Source: Octopus sinensis (taxonomy: Eukaryota). From it: a stretch of 64,000 nucleotides of DNA. The DNA lies in NCBI RefSeq assembly GCF_006345805.1, contig NC_043000.1:41540001-41604000 (forward strand). The letters run 5' to 3'. Both the position numbers and the translations under genes were made by a program. The notes beneath the pieces were generated by a model, which did not search any database, had not been told where the DNA came from, and worked only from the letters and a program-made list of their open reading frames with translations. This document shows positions 1-11,547 of the stretch, piece after piece (the stretch's first letter is position 1; every line of letters begins with the position of its first letter).

Positions 1-85
1 CAAGTGTCTTCAACTATAGCCTCGGGCCGACCAAAGCTTTGCGAGTAGATGTAGTAGACGGGAACTGAAAGAAGCCTGTCGTAAT
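1..85 (+). mobile_element. SINE family A fragment (central domain)
   Basis: Matches the central part of the full copies at 6750 and 48180 (caagtgtcttc..ctatagcctcgggccgaccaaagc..gaaagaagcc..tcgt). Confidence 0.85.
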
Positions 86-155
86 GTGACCGCGTGTGTA
101 CCGTTGGCGATTTTTTCCCTCTGTCTTCCCTTCTCTGGATCTTTCCTTCTCCTAT

Positions 156-190
156 GTTTCCGACGAAGAGCTCCGCTCGAAACGTTAAAC
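156..190 (+). ncRNA. Minimal type I hammerhead ribozyme (Penelope-type) in a short pyrimidine-rich element (~110-290)
   Basis: GTTT-CCGACGA-A-GAGC(tcc)GCTC-GAAA-CGTT-AAAC: stem I gttt/aaac, U4C core, stem II 4 bp, palindromic ACGT stem III, cleavage triplet GUU. (TA)n follows at 290. Confidence 0.65.
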
Positions 191-303
191 CCTCCTTCTT
201 TCCTTCTTTCCTGAGCGTCCAATAATACTATATTTGTTCCACGTCCTCGCGTTGTTGCGTTTTTGTTGCTTTCTTGTTTGGATTAACTTTATATATATTA
301 TAT

Positions 304-344
<41 letters not shown>

Positions 345-348
<4 letters not shown>

Positions 349-655
349 ATAAAACGAGACAGATGAGTGACAACCTGGCCACTGGTGGTGGTGTAACACA
401 CCATACTAATCATATCTGTCGGGCATGTGGAAGAGAGTGTAATTCGGCAGGAGGACTTAAACGACATGCAAAGGTACATGAAACCCAGTTACAACTACAG
501 CCGGCTATTACCAGTAAAGGTTTTATTTGCCAATTTTGTACAAGACATTGTAGATCTTTAGCTGGGCTAAAAAGTCACATTCGATCTCAGCACCAGTAAC
601 AGTTAAGCTTCGTGCAAAGGCCATACTCGATAACGAGGGGGCAGCCATAATAATA
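345..655 (+). mobile_element. 3' end of an RTE-like LINE (ORF2 C-terminus with two C2H2-like fingers plus short 3' UTR)
   Basis: CRACGRECNSAGGLKRHAKVH and CQFCTRHCRSLAGLKSHIRSQH, then stop at 599 and a ~55 bp UTR (gccatactcgataacgagggggcagcc). Starts abruptly after (TA)n and ends in ataatatata. Confidence 0.7.
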
Positions 656-1159
656 TATATATATATGTATGTATGCATGTATGTATACAAATGGATGTGT
701 ATTTTCCCTTGATTACAATTAACACGGAAAAAAATAAATAAACAGTTACCAGAGCAGCAAAAAAATCACACAAGTAATAAGGACGTAACACCCTTTTTGT
801 AAAGGTAGAAACACCGGGTTGATGTGAAATATTTTGTATAATATATATAAATAAATAAATGGAGTTAAACGCGAATGTTATTCAAATTCTTTTACTTACG
901 ATATATATTTCGAAGGCAACATTGTATTATTCCCCAAAGTATAAAATGGTGTAAAAGAATGTAATCTTCTCATCAAGGAAAGTAAGAAAGTAACCAAACT
1001 CTTCAATAAGACATTTTAACAGAATGTGATGGATGTGTACAATGATGAACGGAATGCTATTAACTTTTTTTTTAAACCGTTAGAAGATATAACGTCAAAG
1101 GTAGCCTATAGAAAGAGAAGGAGTAAGGAAAGAAATAAGCAGAAAAGTAATATATTTCT

Positions 1160-1290
1160 TTACAGCTCAGAAGGGGCTAAACATAGAGGGGACAAACAAG
1201 GACAGACAAAGGGATTAAGTCGATTACATCGATCCCAGTGCGAAACTGGTACCTTATTTATCGACCCCGAAAGGATGAAAGGCAAAGTCA
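1160..1290 (-). mobile_element. SINE family B 3' fragment
   Basis: ggggctaaacatagaggggacaaacaaggacagac..gtcgattacatcga..cgaccccgaaaggatgaaaggcaaagtc, as in the copy at 11822. Confidence 0.85.
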
Positions 1291-1376
1291 GGGGAAATAT
1301 AGCGCGATATGTAAACTTCAACTACACATGCATATATGTATGTATATATGTACGTATGTATGTATGTATGTATGTA

Positions 1377-1419
<43 letters not shown>

Positions 1420-1486
1420 GTATAGTTGTGAAATATAAAGATATACAATATCTTAACAGCTAAAGTATAATCTTTCGGTGATATAC

Positions 1487-1537
1487 CAACATCAAACCAC
1501 CACACTGCATGACCTTCCTCGACCAATCGCAGACCAC
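1487..1537 (-). CDS. Candidate 51-nt internal exon of an unidentified host gene (GLRLVEEGHAVWWFDV)
   Basis: Minus strand ttgattgttattactgtaag|GTGGTC...GATGTTG|gtatat. Non-repetitive, higher GC than its flanks, open frame, phase-compatible with the candidate exon at 7332-7405. Confidence 0.3.
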
Positions 1538-1674
1538 CTTACAGTAATAACAATCAACTTTCATTTAAATTCCAAAGATTAGCATTGCTCTTGGAACTCT
1601 AAGTGCCGACGAATTTGTATCATATATGTAACACCCAATACATTTGTTGAGTGTCCTTCTTTCGTTTGTCCAAT

Positions 1675-1705
<31 letters not shown>

Positions 1706-2401
1706 GTATATGAAATATGTTTAGTATATGTATATCATATATTTGTGTAGACGTGTCTATGTGTGTGGGCGTATATTTATAATTATGGAGAAAGTGTTAG
1801 GAAGAATGCGTTAGGAATAATTCGAAGCTTTGGACAGATTCCTTCATCAAGGTAAAGATAATATATAAATTAAATGATAGCTGAGTTTCACGTTTACGTT
1901 TGAGACACAAACTGCTACTAAGATACGCAAAACAATACAAGACAGGAAGGAGTAGGGCTGAGAATTCGGGAGAGGAGAGAGATAGGGAGGCAAGTGGGGG
2001 TGGTGCAAAAAGCAATCAAAAGAGGAAGAGGCTTAGGTGGAGATGGGTGGGGAACAAATTGGTGTGGGAAGAGAACTGAAAGATAGGAATGGGATTACTG
2101 AAATAAGAGGAGGTATAGAACCAGTAGGGAAACGGTTATTTGAACCTTTTGGTGATATGGTTCCATGATTTAATATGAAACACTGTTCCTACTTTTTCCT
2201 TAAGTGTCTGCATAGATATCACACTCTCATAACTGGATAAAGGAAAGGTTCCTTGAACTGAGATGAGTGGCGATAGGTTATTCTGGTGTACGCAATAGTA
2301 CGCTTGGAATATGCTCCCGAAAGTTATTGGGAAAGCTTTGTTTGTCCAACATAAAGCATCCTGCAAAGATTGCATATGGTACAATGTTTATAGGCACAGG
2401 C

Positions 2402-2795
2402 ATGGCTGTGTGGTAAGTAGCTTGCTTCCCAACCACATGGTTCCAGGTTCCGTCCCACTGCGTAACATCTGGAGCAAGAGTCTTCTACTATAGACTATAG
2501 ACTTGGGCTGACCAAAGCCTTGTGAGTGGATTTGGTAGACAGAAGCTACAGGAAGCCCGTCGTATATATATATACTTATGTGTGTGTGTCTGTGTTTTTT
2601 CCTTTCCATCACTTGACTACCGATGCTCGTGTGATTATATCCCTGTAAACTAGCGGTTCGGCAAAAGTTACCGATAGAATAATTATTAAGCTGACAAAGA
2701 ATAGGTCCTGGTACTGATTTCTTCACCTAAAAACCCTCTAAGGTAGTGCTCCATCATGGCCGCAGTCAAATGACTGAAACAAATAAAAGAATAAC
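2402..2795 (+). mobile_element. SINE family A (tRNA-type head, CORE-like centre, internal TA/TG repeat, gtaaaaga-type tail)
   Basis: ggctgtgtggtaagtagcttgcttcccaaccacatggttccagg head through gcatggccgcagtcaaatgactgaaac tail. Confidence 0.9.
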
Positions 2796-3140
2796 AGGAT
2801 GTTTGTAGTACTACTGATGTAGCGGCAGGTGTTACGTCGTCGACGGAACCACTTAATTGAAACGTACCTGGCTGTATGTACGCCTGAAACGCTAAGGAAG
2901 ATCTAACCTGGCGATGGCCGAGACTCTTGTCTTTCTTGAAGGTGAGAAAATGTTGCGTGTGATGGATCGAGACATTATGGGATTATAAAATAGGGTTCGA
3001 GAGTTATGCAAAAGTGAAAATTTTAATGAAATGTAAACCGAGAAAAAGAGAGAGGGGAATCCGATTTCTAAACGAGTGTAATGAGTGTAGAAGAATGGTA
3101 GGGCGTTTTGATAGCCTCGGCTCAGCACTCAACCGAGCCT

Positions 3141-3282
3141 AGGCTGTGTGGTAAGAAACTTGCTTCCGAACCACATGGTTCCAGAATTAGTTCCACTGCG
3201 TGGCACCTTGGGCAAATGTCTTCTACTATAGCCTCAGTCTTGTGAGTGGATTTGGCAGACGAAAACTGAACGAAGACAGTCG

Positions 3283-3315
<33 letters not shown>

Positions 3316-3545
3316 CTTTGTCTTTGTGTTTGCCTTCTCCATCAACGCTTGACCACCGTTATTGATGTGTTTACGTCCTCGTGACCTAGCGGTTGGGCAA
3401 CAGATTCCGATAGAATTAGGACCAAACTTTAAAAAACAAGTACTGGAGTTGATTCGTTCAGCTAATAATTCTTCAAAGTAGTGCCCCAGCATGGCCACAG
3501 TTTGAAGCCTGAAACGAGTAAATGGAAAAACATAAAAGATAAGAT
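3141..3545 (+). mobile_element. SINE family A
   Basis: Same head, centre and tail as the copy at 2402. Confidence 0.9.
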
Positions 3546-3644
3546 ATATATATATATTCACACATACATATCTACACTCACGTATACGCACATATACACG
3601 CACGTACACACGTGCATACGCATGTGTAAGTAAGCATATATATA

Positions 3645-3692
<48 letters not shown>

Positions 3693-3701
3693 TATATATA
3701 T

Positions 3702-4070
3702 ACAACTAGCTATTTTGCTTGTTGCAAACTAGTGATCGATAGTTGCTTTGTTTACAATATATTGCAGGCTGGAGTCGACCCTGGCTACCGCTCTGGCGGC
3801 CGGGTACTCGCGACTGAGGATAGGCCATCCAGCTCGAAACTGTGACAGTATCGCGATCCTGTTGTCTACTAAAGGATGGTAGGGGTTCGCTCCCTCGTGC
3901 TAGCAATATAATAGGGTGCAGCGCTGCACCTGTAAACCATCTGGCGGAAGATCTGTCTGGGGTGAAACTAGTAATAACATGGAAGAGCCACTTTGATGTG
4001 ACAACTAAATTTACTTGTTATTATAGTTACTACTCTGATCTCTACTTGGGATTTCACAACTATTTTGCTT
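3702..4070 (+). mobile_element. ~350 bp hammerhead-containing unit with terminal direct repeat, between (TA)n and (TG)n
   Basis: ctattttgctt at 3710-3720 and 4060-4070; hammerhead at 3808-3856; 16-bp palindrome ggtgcagcgctgcacc near 3914-3929. Confidence 0.6.
3808..3856 (+). ncRNA. Type I hammerhead ribozyme
   Basis: TCGCGA-CTGAGGA-taggccatccagctc-GAAA-CTG(tga)CAG-TA-TCGCGA: 6-bp stem I, intact core, GUA triplet (cut after 3850). Stem II is weakened. Confidence 0.7.
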
Positions 4071-4696
4071 ATGTGTGTGCGTGTGTGTGTATCTTAATAT
4101 ATAAAACAGAGCTTGTGTGTGTGTGCGTATGTTCTTTATGGATTCGAAAATTGAGAAAATAAAACTGAGTAATCTTTCGGCTACTGAATAAAGTATGTTT
4201 TTTTTTTCACAATAACTCTTTTCTTACTACAAAAATAACCTTGAAAACGAGGTTGGGTTGCACAATTTTGAGGTCTTTAGCTAAGGGTGATAACTCTGCC
4301 TGCACAATGGTTTTTGAAGAAATCTTGACATCTTTCTTACTGCTAATCATTCAACTTCAAATTACAATTGTTATTTGTTGGAAGTCAAGTAGACTGAGCT
4401 GTACATATAGTGTTATCTTATTGAGTGGAAGTTCAATACGAAGTTTTGAACTCATTATCTTGTTGGTTAGTAATCTATTACCTTAAATTTGAAGCCATGA
4501 AGTCTTTAAACATTACTTTATTGGGTTTTGTTTTTCAACTGTCACAATGACAGGGTATCACCTTCAAAAATTTAATTGATCATGCTGACCCTAGTACGTA
4601 TTTCAATCTGACATTTATTTTATAGACCCCAGCTTGATGAACTGCTAACTTGTTGTTTTTGTTTGGGTGAGGTTCCATGATAGGTAGATAGATAGG

Positions 4697-4755
<59 letters not shown>

Positions 4756-4762
4756 TATATAT

Positions 4763-4846
<84 letters not shown>

Positions 4847-5236
4847 GTATAGTCAGACAGATAGACAGATGGGTAGAGAGAAAGAGAGAGAGAGAGAGAC
4901 GAGGTATCCACCTTCCTATTCACCATTCATTAATTTATGTACTTAGTCCTTTACCATAGATTGGTCCGGGTTTAAGGAAGGTGACGTCTTCAAAAAAAAA
5001 ATCAAAAACAGGTGCGGTTTGGTCATCATTGAACGTCATTTTGCTTACTTTCTCTCTTCCTTCTCCTTTTCTTTCTTTTTTCTCTTTTCCTGCCCTTTTC
5101 CCTCTTTCTCTCTCTTTCTCCCTTTATTCCTTCTTTCCTTCTTCCTTCATTGCCTTTTTAACTCCCTCCTTAATTAATTCTAAGGAGTAATTCTGCATTG
5201 TGAGGAAGCCTTTGATTTCACGTATTTTGGGGTCCT

Positions 5237-5637
5237 GTGGCTGTGTGGTAAGTAGCTTGCTTACCAACCACATGGTTCCGGGTTCATTCCCATTGCGTGG
5301 CACCTTGGGCAAGTGTCTTCTACAATAGCCTCGGGCCGACCAAAGCCTTGTGAATGGATTTGGTAGACGGAAACTGAAAGAAGCCCGTCGTATATATGCA
5401 TATATATATGTATGCGTGTGTATATGTTTGTGTGTCTGTGTTTGTTCTCCAACATCGCTTGATAACCGATGCTGGTGTGTTTACGTCCCCGTAACTTAGC
5501 GGTTCGGCAAAAGAGACCGATAGAATAAGTACTAGGCTTCCAAAACAATAAGTTCTGGGGTCGATTTGCTCGACTAAAGGGGGTGCTCCAGCATGGCCGC
5601 AGTCAAATAACTGAAACAAGTAAAAGTGTAAAAGAGT
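5237..5637 (+). mobile_element. SINE family A
   Basis: Full head-to-tail copy. Confidence 0.92.
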
Positions 5638-5816
5638 ATATATATATATAATAACATATCAGCCTATATACGTACCTATATTTCTATCTATCCATCTCCA
5701 TTGTCATAGAACCTCACCCCAAAAAACAAAAACAATGTTTTCTTCTAAACAAAAACAACAGACACCGTCAAAGCTTTGCTTTGATGTCGTACATATTCCA
5801 ACACCATTTTTATATA

Positions 5817-6226
5817 CTCTTTACTCTTTTACTCTTTTACTTGTTTCAGTCATTTGACTGCGGCCATGCTGGAGCACCGCCTTTAGTCGAGCAAATCGAC
5901 CCCAGGACTTATTCTTTGTAAGCCCAGTACTTATTCTATCGGTCTCTTTTGCCGAACCGCTAAGTAACGGGGACGTAAACACCCAGCATCGGTTGTGAAG
6001 CAATGCTAGGGGGACAAACACAGACACACAAACACACACATACATATATATACATATACATATATACGACAGGCTTCTTTCAATTTCCGTCTACCAAATC
6101 CACTCACAAGGCATTGGTCGGCCCGGGGCTATAGCAGAAGACACTTGCCCAAGATGCCACGCAGTGGGACTGAACCCGGAACCATGTGGCTGGTTAGCAA
6201 GCTACTTACCACACAGCCACTCCTGC
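5817..6226 (-). mobile_element. SINE family A (young, inverted relative to neighbours)
   Basis: Reverse complement of the full element, with a (ctctttta)n tail at 5817-5840. Confidence 0.92.
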
Positions 6227-6417
6227 CCCTATATATATGCTGAAATTTTTCTAAGAATTTTATAGGCAGTATCTTTACAGCGTAGAAGAAGTTTTCAGGT
6301 GGTGTTTTCCAGATTAGATCTTTCATTGATGGCAATACTTCTCTCTTTTATCACACCGTTCTTTACTATTTTTGTTCAGGAAATTTTCATCATTCATATA
6401 CACACATACGTGCGCTG

Positions 6418-6735
6418 ACGTGGCGGTGTGGTAAGAAGCATACATTGAAACAACATTGTTCGGGGCTATCCCACTAGATGGCACCTTGGGTAAGTGTTTT
6501 CGTCTGTAGACTTGGGCCGACCAAAGCCCTGTAAGTGGATTTATTAAGCGGAGAGTGATAGGCAGTGTTGGTGTGCCTACGTACCCGTAACTTAGCGGTT
6601 TAGTAAAAAGAGATTAGTAAAATAAGTACCGGGTTTATAAAATAAGCACTGGCGTCGACACATTCGACAAAAAATTCTCATGGTGATGCTCCAGCATTGC
6701 TGCAGTCTGATGATTAAGGGGAGTAAAAGATAAAA
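6418..6735 (+). mobile_element. SINE family A, old diverged copy
   Basis: gtggcggtgtggtaagaagc..ggcaccttgggtaagtg..cccgtaacttagcggtt..gagtaaaagataaaag. Confidence 0.75.
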
Positions 6736-6749
6736 GATTTATATATATA

Positions 6750-7133
6750 GGAGTGGCTGTGTGGTAAGTAGCTTGTTTACCAACCACATGGCTCTGGGTT
6801 CAGTCCCACTGCGTGGCACCTTGGGCAAGTGTCTTCTACTATAGCCTCGGGCCGACCAAAGCCTTGTGAGTGGATTTGGTAGACGGAAACTGAAAGAAGC
6901 CCGTCGTATATATGTATATATGCGTACGCGTGTTTGTGTGTCTGTATTTGTCCCCCTAGCATTGCTTGACAACCGATGCTGGTTACTTAGCGGTTTGGCA
7001 AAAGAGACCGATAGAATAAGTACTGGGCTTACAAAAGAATAAGTCCCGGGGTCGAGTTGCTCGATTAAAGCGGTGCTCCAGCATGGCCGCAGTCAAATGA
7101 CTGAAACAAGTAAAAGAGTAAAAGAGTAAAAGA
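6750..7133 (+). mobile_element. SINE family A
   Basis: Full copy ending gtaaaagagtaaaagagtaaaagag. Confidence 0.92.
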
Positions 7134-7331
7134 GATATGTATGCATGTGTGTGTGTCTGTGTGTGTTGTATCGACGGAGCGTTGGAGAAGTAGAAAAGGC
7201 AGACAGATATTAGAAGGCGTAAGGAATGTATTCATCTGGAAAGCTGTCTATACAAATAAATGATGTAAGCATCCGAATTGATTACATCATTTATTTGTAT
7301 ACAAAATTTTTCATGCGAATACATTTCTTAC

Positions 7332-7405
7332 ATAGCCTATGGTTCATCAGCTTTTTCTCTTTCCGGTTTGATAGCCAACTCATAACCTCGGCCAACCAGC
7401 TTGCC
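7332..7405 (-). CDS. Candidate 74-nt internal exon of an unidentified host gene (ASWLAEVMSWLSNRKEKKLMNHRL)
   Basis: Minus strand ctccacccgcttcgtccag|GGCAAGC...AGGCTAT|gtaaga: good acceptor, strong donor, one open frame, unique sequence. Confidence 0.35.
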
Positions 7406-7669
7406 CTGGACGAAGCGGGTGGAGTTCAAGTCTCAGATTTCTCTGAGTACTATTTGGTTACTCACTGTAACACGTTTTGTACTCTGGCGTTCTGTAACAC
7501 ATACTCTCTCTCTTTCTTTTTCTTTCTTTCTTTCTTTCTTTCTTTCCTTCTTTCTATCTATCCTTTTCTCTCTCTCTTTTTCTTTCTTTCTTTCCTTCTT
7601 TTTCTTTCTTTCTCTCTCTTTCTCTCTCTCCCTCTCACACACACACACACTCTCTCTCTCTCTGCATCA

Positions 7670-7860
7670 TCTATCTTTTACTTGTTTGAGTACTTAGACT
7701 GCGGCCATGCTAGGGCACCACTTGGAAGTACTTATATTCTTTTTAAAAGCGGGTACCTATTCTGTTGCTGATTTTTGTTGAACCACTTAGTTACGGGGAC
7801 GCAAACACACACCACTACCGGTTGTCAAGAGGTGAGGGCGGACAGCCACAAATACAGTGT
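7670..7860 (-). mobile_element. SINE family A 3' fragment
   Basis: ttttacttgttt..gactgcggccatgct..gaaccacttagttacggggac. Confidence 0.75.
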
Positions 7861-7892
<32 letters not shown>

Positions 7893-8082
7893 CGCGCATA
7901 CACACACATATATGTCCTCCTATATTTAAAATAATACATGTTTACTATGGACTTCCCTTAAAGCATGCGCAACGATATACGGTAATCGGCCTTGATTAGC
8001 TAAAGCATATCTACACGCACGCGCCCCAATGAAGTTCTTTCCTCCTAACTTTCATATATATATATATATATATATACGTATA

Positions 8083-8456
8083 TAGTTTTTAATGACATTT
8101 TCTACAAATACGTTTCGGTTGGTGTAGATTCTGATTACAGAGGAATTTGTGATTATAAATGTTTCGAAAAAAAAAGTTGTACTGTGTGTCAGTATATATG
8201 TGTGCTATTCCATTAATTTTTATTTGCATATTAAATTCTGATATAATCGTAATCTACATTAACTGACAGCTTTTTGTCGACAGTTTCTTTTAAAAATACC
8301 TACTTTACCGAAAGTTATGAAGAAACAAAGCCAACCCGTGTGAATTTTTTAAATCTTCTCCCCCACGCCCACCGAATACATTTTTTCTCAACAAATTCAG
8401 ATATAATCGAATCTACACCATTTGAAGCATATTTGTAGGAAATTTCATTGAAAAAT
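8083..8456. mobile_element. Old MITE-like element with ~55 bp imperfect inverted repeats
   Basis: tttttaatgacattttctacaaatacg..ggtgtagattctgatta (8083-8137) is the inverse of taatcgaatctacacca..atatttgtaggaaatttcattgaaaaa (8404-8456). Confidence 0.5.
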
Positions 8457-9399
8457 ATCCATTTTTATGGAACTTATGCCTAAACAAATTCGGTGATAAT
8501 GTATTTGTGTATATATACCCATTTCTTTAACAAAAGTAATAATAACATTACATTGCTATTATACATTTACGTAGATATATAATATGATATGTAATTATCA
8601 GCTGATATCTACATATCATATTGATATCAGCTTGCTTCGCTTGACTGTCATGTAAGTAACTGTTTAATTATATAACTGCATGTTATATAAGTAACAAAGA
8701 ATATACTTCTTTCATTCGGAGCAAACCGAATGAAAGAGTGTCAGTACTGTGAATGAGATGGACTCAATTTTTGATGACACATAAACATAAATAGGATAAC
8801 AGTATTTATGATGATATTGTGTTTACAAACGAATACTAACTGTATTAAAAATGCATCGTAGTGTGTATATTTATTAAGATTTATTGGCAGTATTTAAGTA
8901 GTAATTTTTCATTGCTTTATATATGCACGTTCTTTTAGCATAACTGCATTTCAACTTATAGCTCAACATTACGTTTTCTATTATTGATGTTAGAGCTTTA
9001 TTCTAATTGCATGTCTTGCGAGCATTCTTCCCACATATGTATACTTACGCATATACACTACAGGAATATATGATACAACGATATTAAACCAATGTAAAAC
9101 ACACTATTGGCATAAGTATAGATATAAAATCGACATGCTTCTTTTAGTTTCTGTCTACCAAATCTACTCACAAAGCTTTGGTAACATAAAAAAAACCCTG
9201 CTATTTTGCACTTGAGGGTAATGAAATTTTGAGTGAACTTATTCGCTTTCCGCCGTAATAAAAGGGTTTAAACAATATAAAATTCAGTAGCACGGTTGTA
9301 GCAGCAGAGGCAGCAGCAGTAACATTAGTAGCAGTGGCAGTAGCCACAGTAACCACATTAGCAGCAGCAGCAATAGCGGCTGTAGCAAGAACATATATA

Positions 9400-9660
9400 T
9401 ATCTATATATCTATATATATAAAATTGAGAATGTGTGTCTGTCTGTGTGTTTCCGTAAAACTTGAGAACTACATGACCAATTTCATTCAAATTTTACACA
9501 TGCCTTCCTTAGGGTCCATGTAGTTTCATGGGCAAAAAATGTTCAACTTCTTGCCTAGGGCGAGCCCATAGCAATATCATATCTTCTCCACTATTTCAGT
9601 ATTACGTGTTAAAAGTGAAACAAAACATTTCTCTATTTTATGTCAGATACTTTCACTTTA
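9400..9660 (+). mobile_element. Non-autonomous Helitron-like 5' portion
   Basis: tctatatatataaaattgagaatgtgtgtctgtctgtgtg...gaccaatttcattcaaattttacac: the typical TC-start / (TCTG)n / accgattt-like layout of short animal Helitrons. 3' end uncertain. Confidence 0.5.
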
Positions 9661-10273
9661 ACAATAAAAATAATAATAACAATTGAATTATATGTAATAA
9701 GTAGTAATTAAAATCAAACTAAAGTATAATATAATAATCAAATCGTAACATAACCAATGTAAAAATAGCAATTGGTATAAAGTTGCATCAATGACTTGAA
9801 CTTGAATAAGTGGTTTCACATGAATGGGAATAAATTAAAAATAAAATTAGTGTGCAGAAATGGAATAGTGCAGATGAAGCTGTGCACATACCGTTTACTA
9901 CAGCTTTTACATTAGATTATCTGCTAATTAGCTAGCATTAAGTATCTATATGAAGTTTGGCTGTATGTAATGTCTGTTTCTCGAACAGCCGCTTCTACTG
10001 AGTACTGCTGTTGGTTTATTTCTTATACATAAAGGACTATAGCTTCAACTGCGTACTGCTTTTTGATTCACCGTAAGGTTTGTTGTTATTATTATTACTG
10101 TTTAACTATTGTTATCACGTTTGTTGGTTCCTCGTAAGGGAAACGTGGTAGTGTTGCATTTGTTAAATAATTGTAAACTGTAACCCTCCCCCTTTGTTTA
10201 AAAATTGAATTGTGTCCCTGTTTGAGGAAATTGACAATATTTTCACCGTTTATACGGGAGCAATTTTGTTAGA

Positions 10274-10800
10274 ATGCCTTCGATAGAAGAAAGTCCAAAA
10301 ATGAATTTTGCTGCAGCCGTCGGCGGGTGCGAACTCATTAAAATTAAAATGGAAGAAATACAAACCTATTTCGGATTGATCACCGACAAAGACGGTGAAT
10401 CTAGGATAACACCACCAAACGAACTAAAAAATAAAATTAAAGAAAAGACTATTGTCTATAAAGTATACAATGTAGAGAAAAAAAGATTTGAACTCCTGGA
10501 GGAAAGCACCATCGAAAAGTGCCTTGGTGACTATGAAAGATATCAAGTATCTAACCAGAGGCGGTAAATTCGCCACAATAGAAGCAAGGTTCGAGTCAAC
10601 GGAGCGTGCAAGGGAGTACTCGACTCGAACCTTGCAAAGTGGAAATATTTTATTTTTACCTTTATATCTGGGACGTAGGACGACTCGGATAAAAATTAAA
10701 AATGTCCCCCCAGAAGTAGAGGTAGGCTGGATTGTAGCCACAATTTTATACAAGACGGATGGCAAGATACAATTAATCGAAATTGCAAGAGACGGGCCTA
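10274..10800 (+). pseudogene. Frameshifted LINE ORF1 (L1/Tx1-like gag) N-terminal fragment
   Basis: ORFs 10274-10567 and 10488-10826 join at one frameshift (..EESTIEKCL / VTMKDIKYLTRGGKF..LYLGRRTTRIKIKNVPPEVEVGWI). The IKNVPPE motif resembles the ORF1 RRM-like region. Truncated at ~10800. Confidence 0.5.
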
Positions 10801-11292
10801 CAATTCCTGTCTGTTATATATTTTGAGTATTGTTATCATTAGCGATATCAAGATATAACTTTGTATTTTGTATTTTATGTGTAGATGTATATATATATAG
10901 ATGTACATGTAATATGTACACATATATATACACATATATACATGCACTAGCACTATGACCCGGCAACGATGGGACATAATGCTAGAATATATATATATAT
11001 ATTTACAAGCAGTGACGTCGACAGTACATGTGTTGTGTGTATGCATGAAGAGAGTATTAAGTTGTGGTCACTATTTTAAAGCAACTTTAGGAACAATAAC
11101 GGAACATTTAATCGATGATGAGAATGAAGTCAAATTTATAGCAAAAGTCGCCATCACGCGTACGAATAAGGAATTTTAAATTTGATACAAAGCTACACAT
11201 TTTGAATGAAGGAATGCAGTTAAGAGAATACGCTTCTACTAAAATCTAGTTCTAAACAATTCGGCTCTTATGTATCAACAGCTAAACTGAAA

Positions 11293-11547
11293 TATTGGGT
11301 TGGTGCATAATTATTGCGGCTTTTTTTCAACAAATTTTATTCAACAAAAACCATGACAATATTTAACAAAAACATCTTTAAATGATGGTCTGACCGTCTA
11401 TCAAGCAAATGGGAAGCAGTAATTGAAGTAGATGGTGAATATGCTCCGGAGTAATCATCTAACGATGTTTATGTTACATGTTGTTATTGTTTTTGTTGAA
11501 TAAAATTTGCTGGAAAAAAGCCACAGTAATTATGCACCAACCCAATA
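11293..11547 (+). mobile_element. Mariner-derived MITE with TA TSD
   Basis: TA|ttgggttggtgcataattattgcggc..caacaaattttattcaacaaaaac ... gtttttgttgaataaaatttgctg..aattatgcaccaacccaa|TA. The interior encodes a transposase C-terminus, SDRLSSKWEAVIEVDGEYAPE*. Confidence 0.85.

Noticed and set aside
234-599. Host C2H2 zinc-finger gene
   Set aside because: The N-terminus is microsatellite, there are no TGEKP linkers, and the end and UTR fit an RTE-like LINE.
890-980. Hammerhead-like string on the minus strand (ttgatga-gaag..cttc-gaaa-tatata-tc-gtaag)
   Set aside because: C3 is missing and the stem I partner is displaced by 5 nt; at best a dead relic.
7360-7470. Plus-strand exon reading SQLITSANQLALDEAGGVQVSDFSEYYL
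   Set aside because: No good donor site; the minus-strand reading has stronger splice signals, though the plus reading is not excluded.
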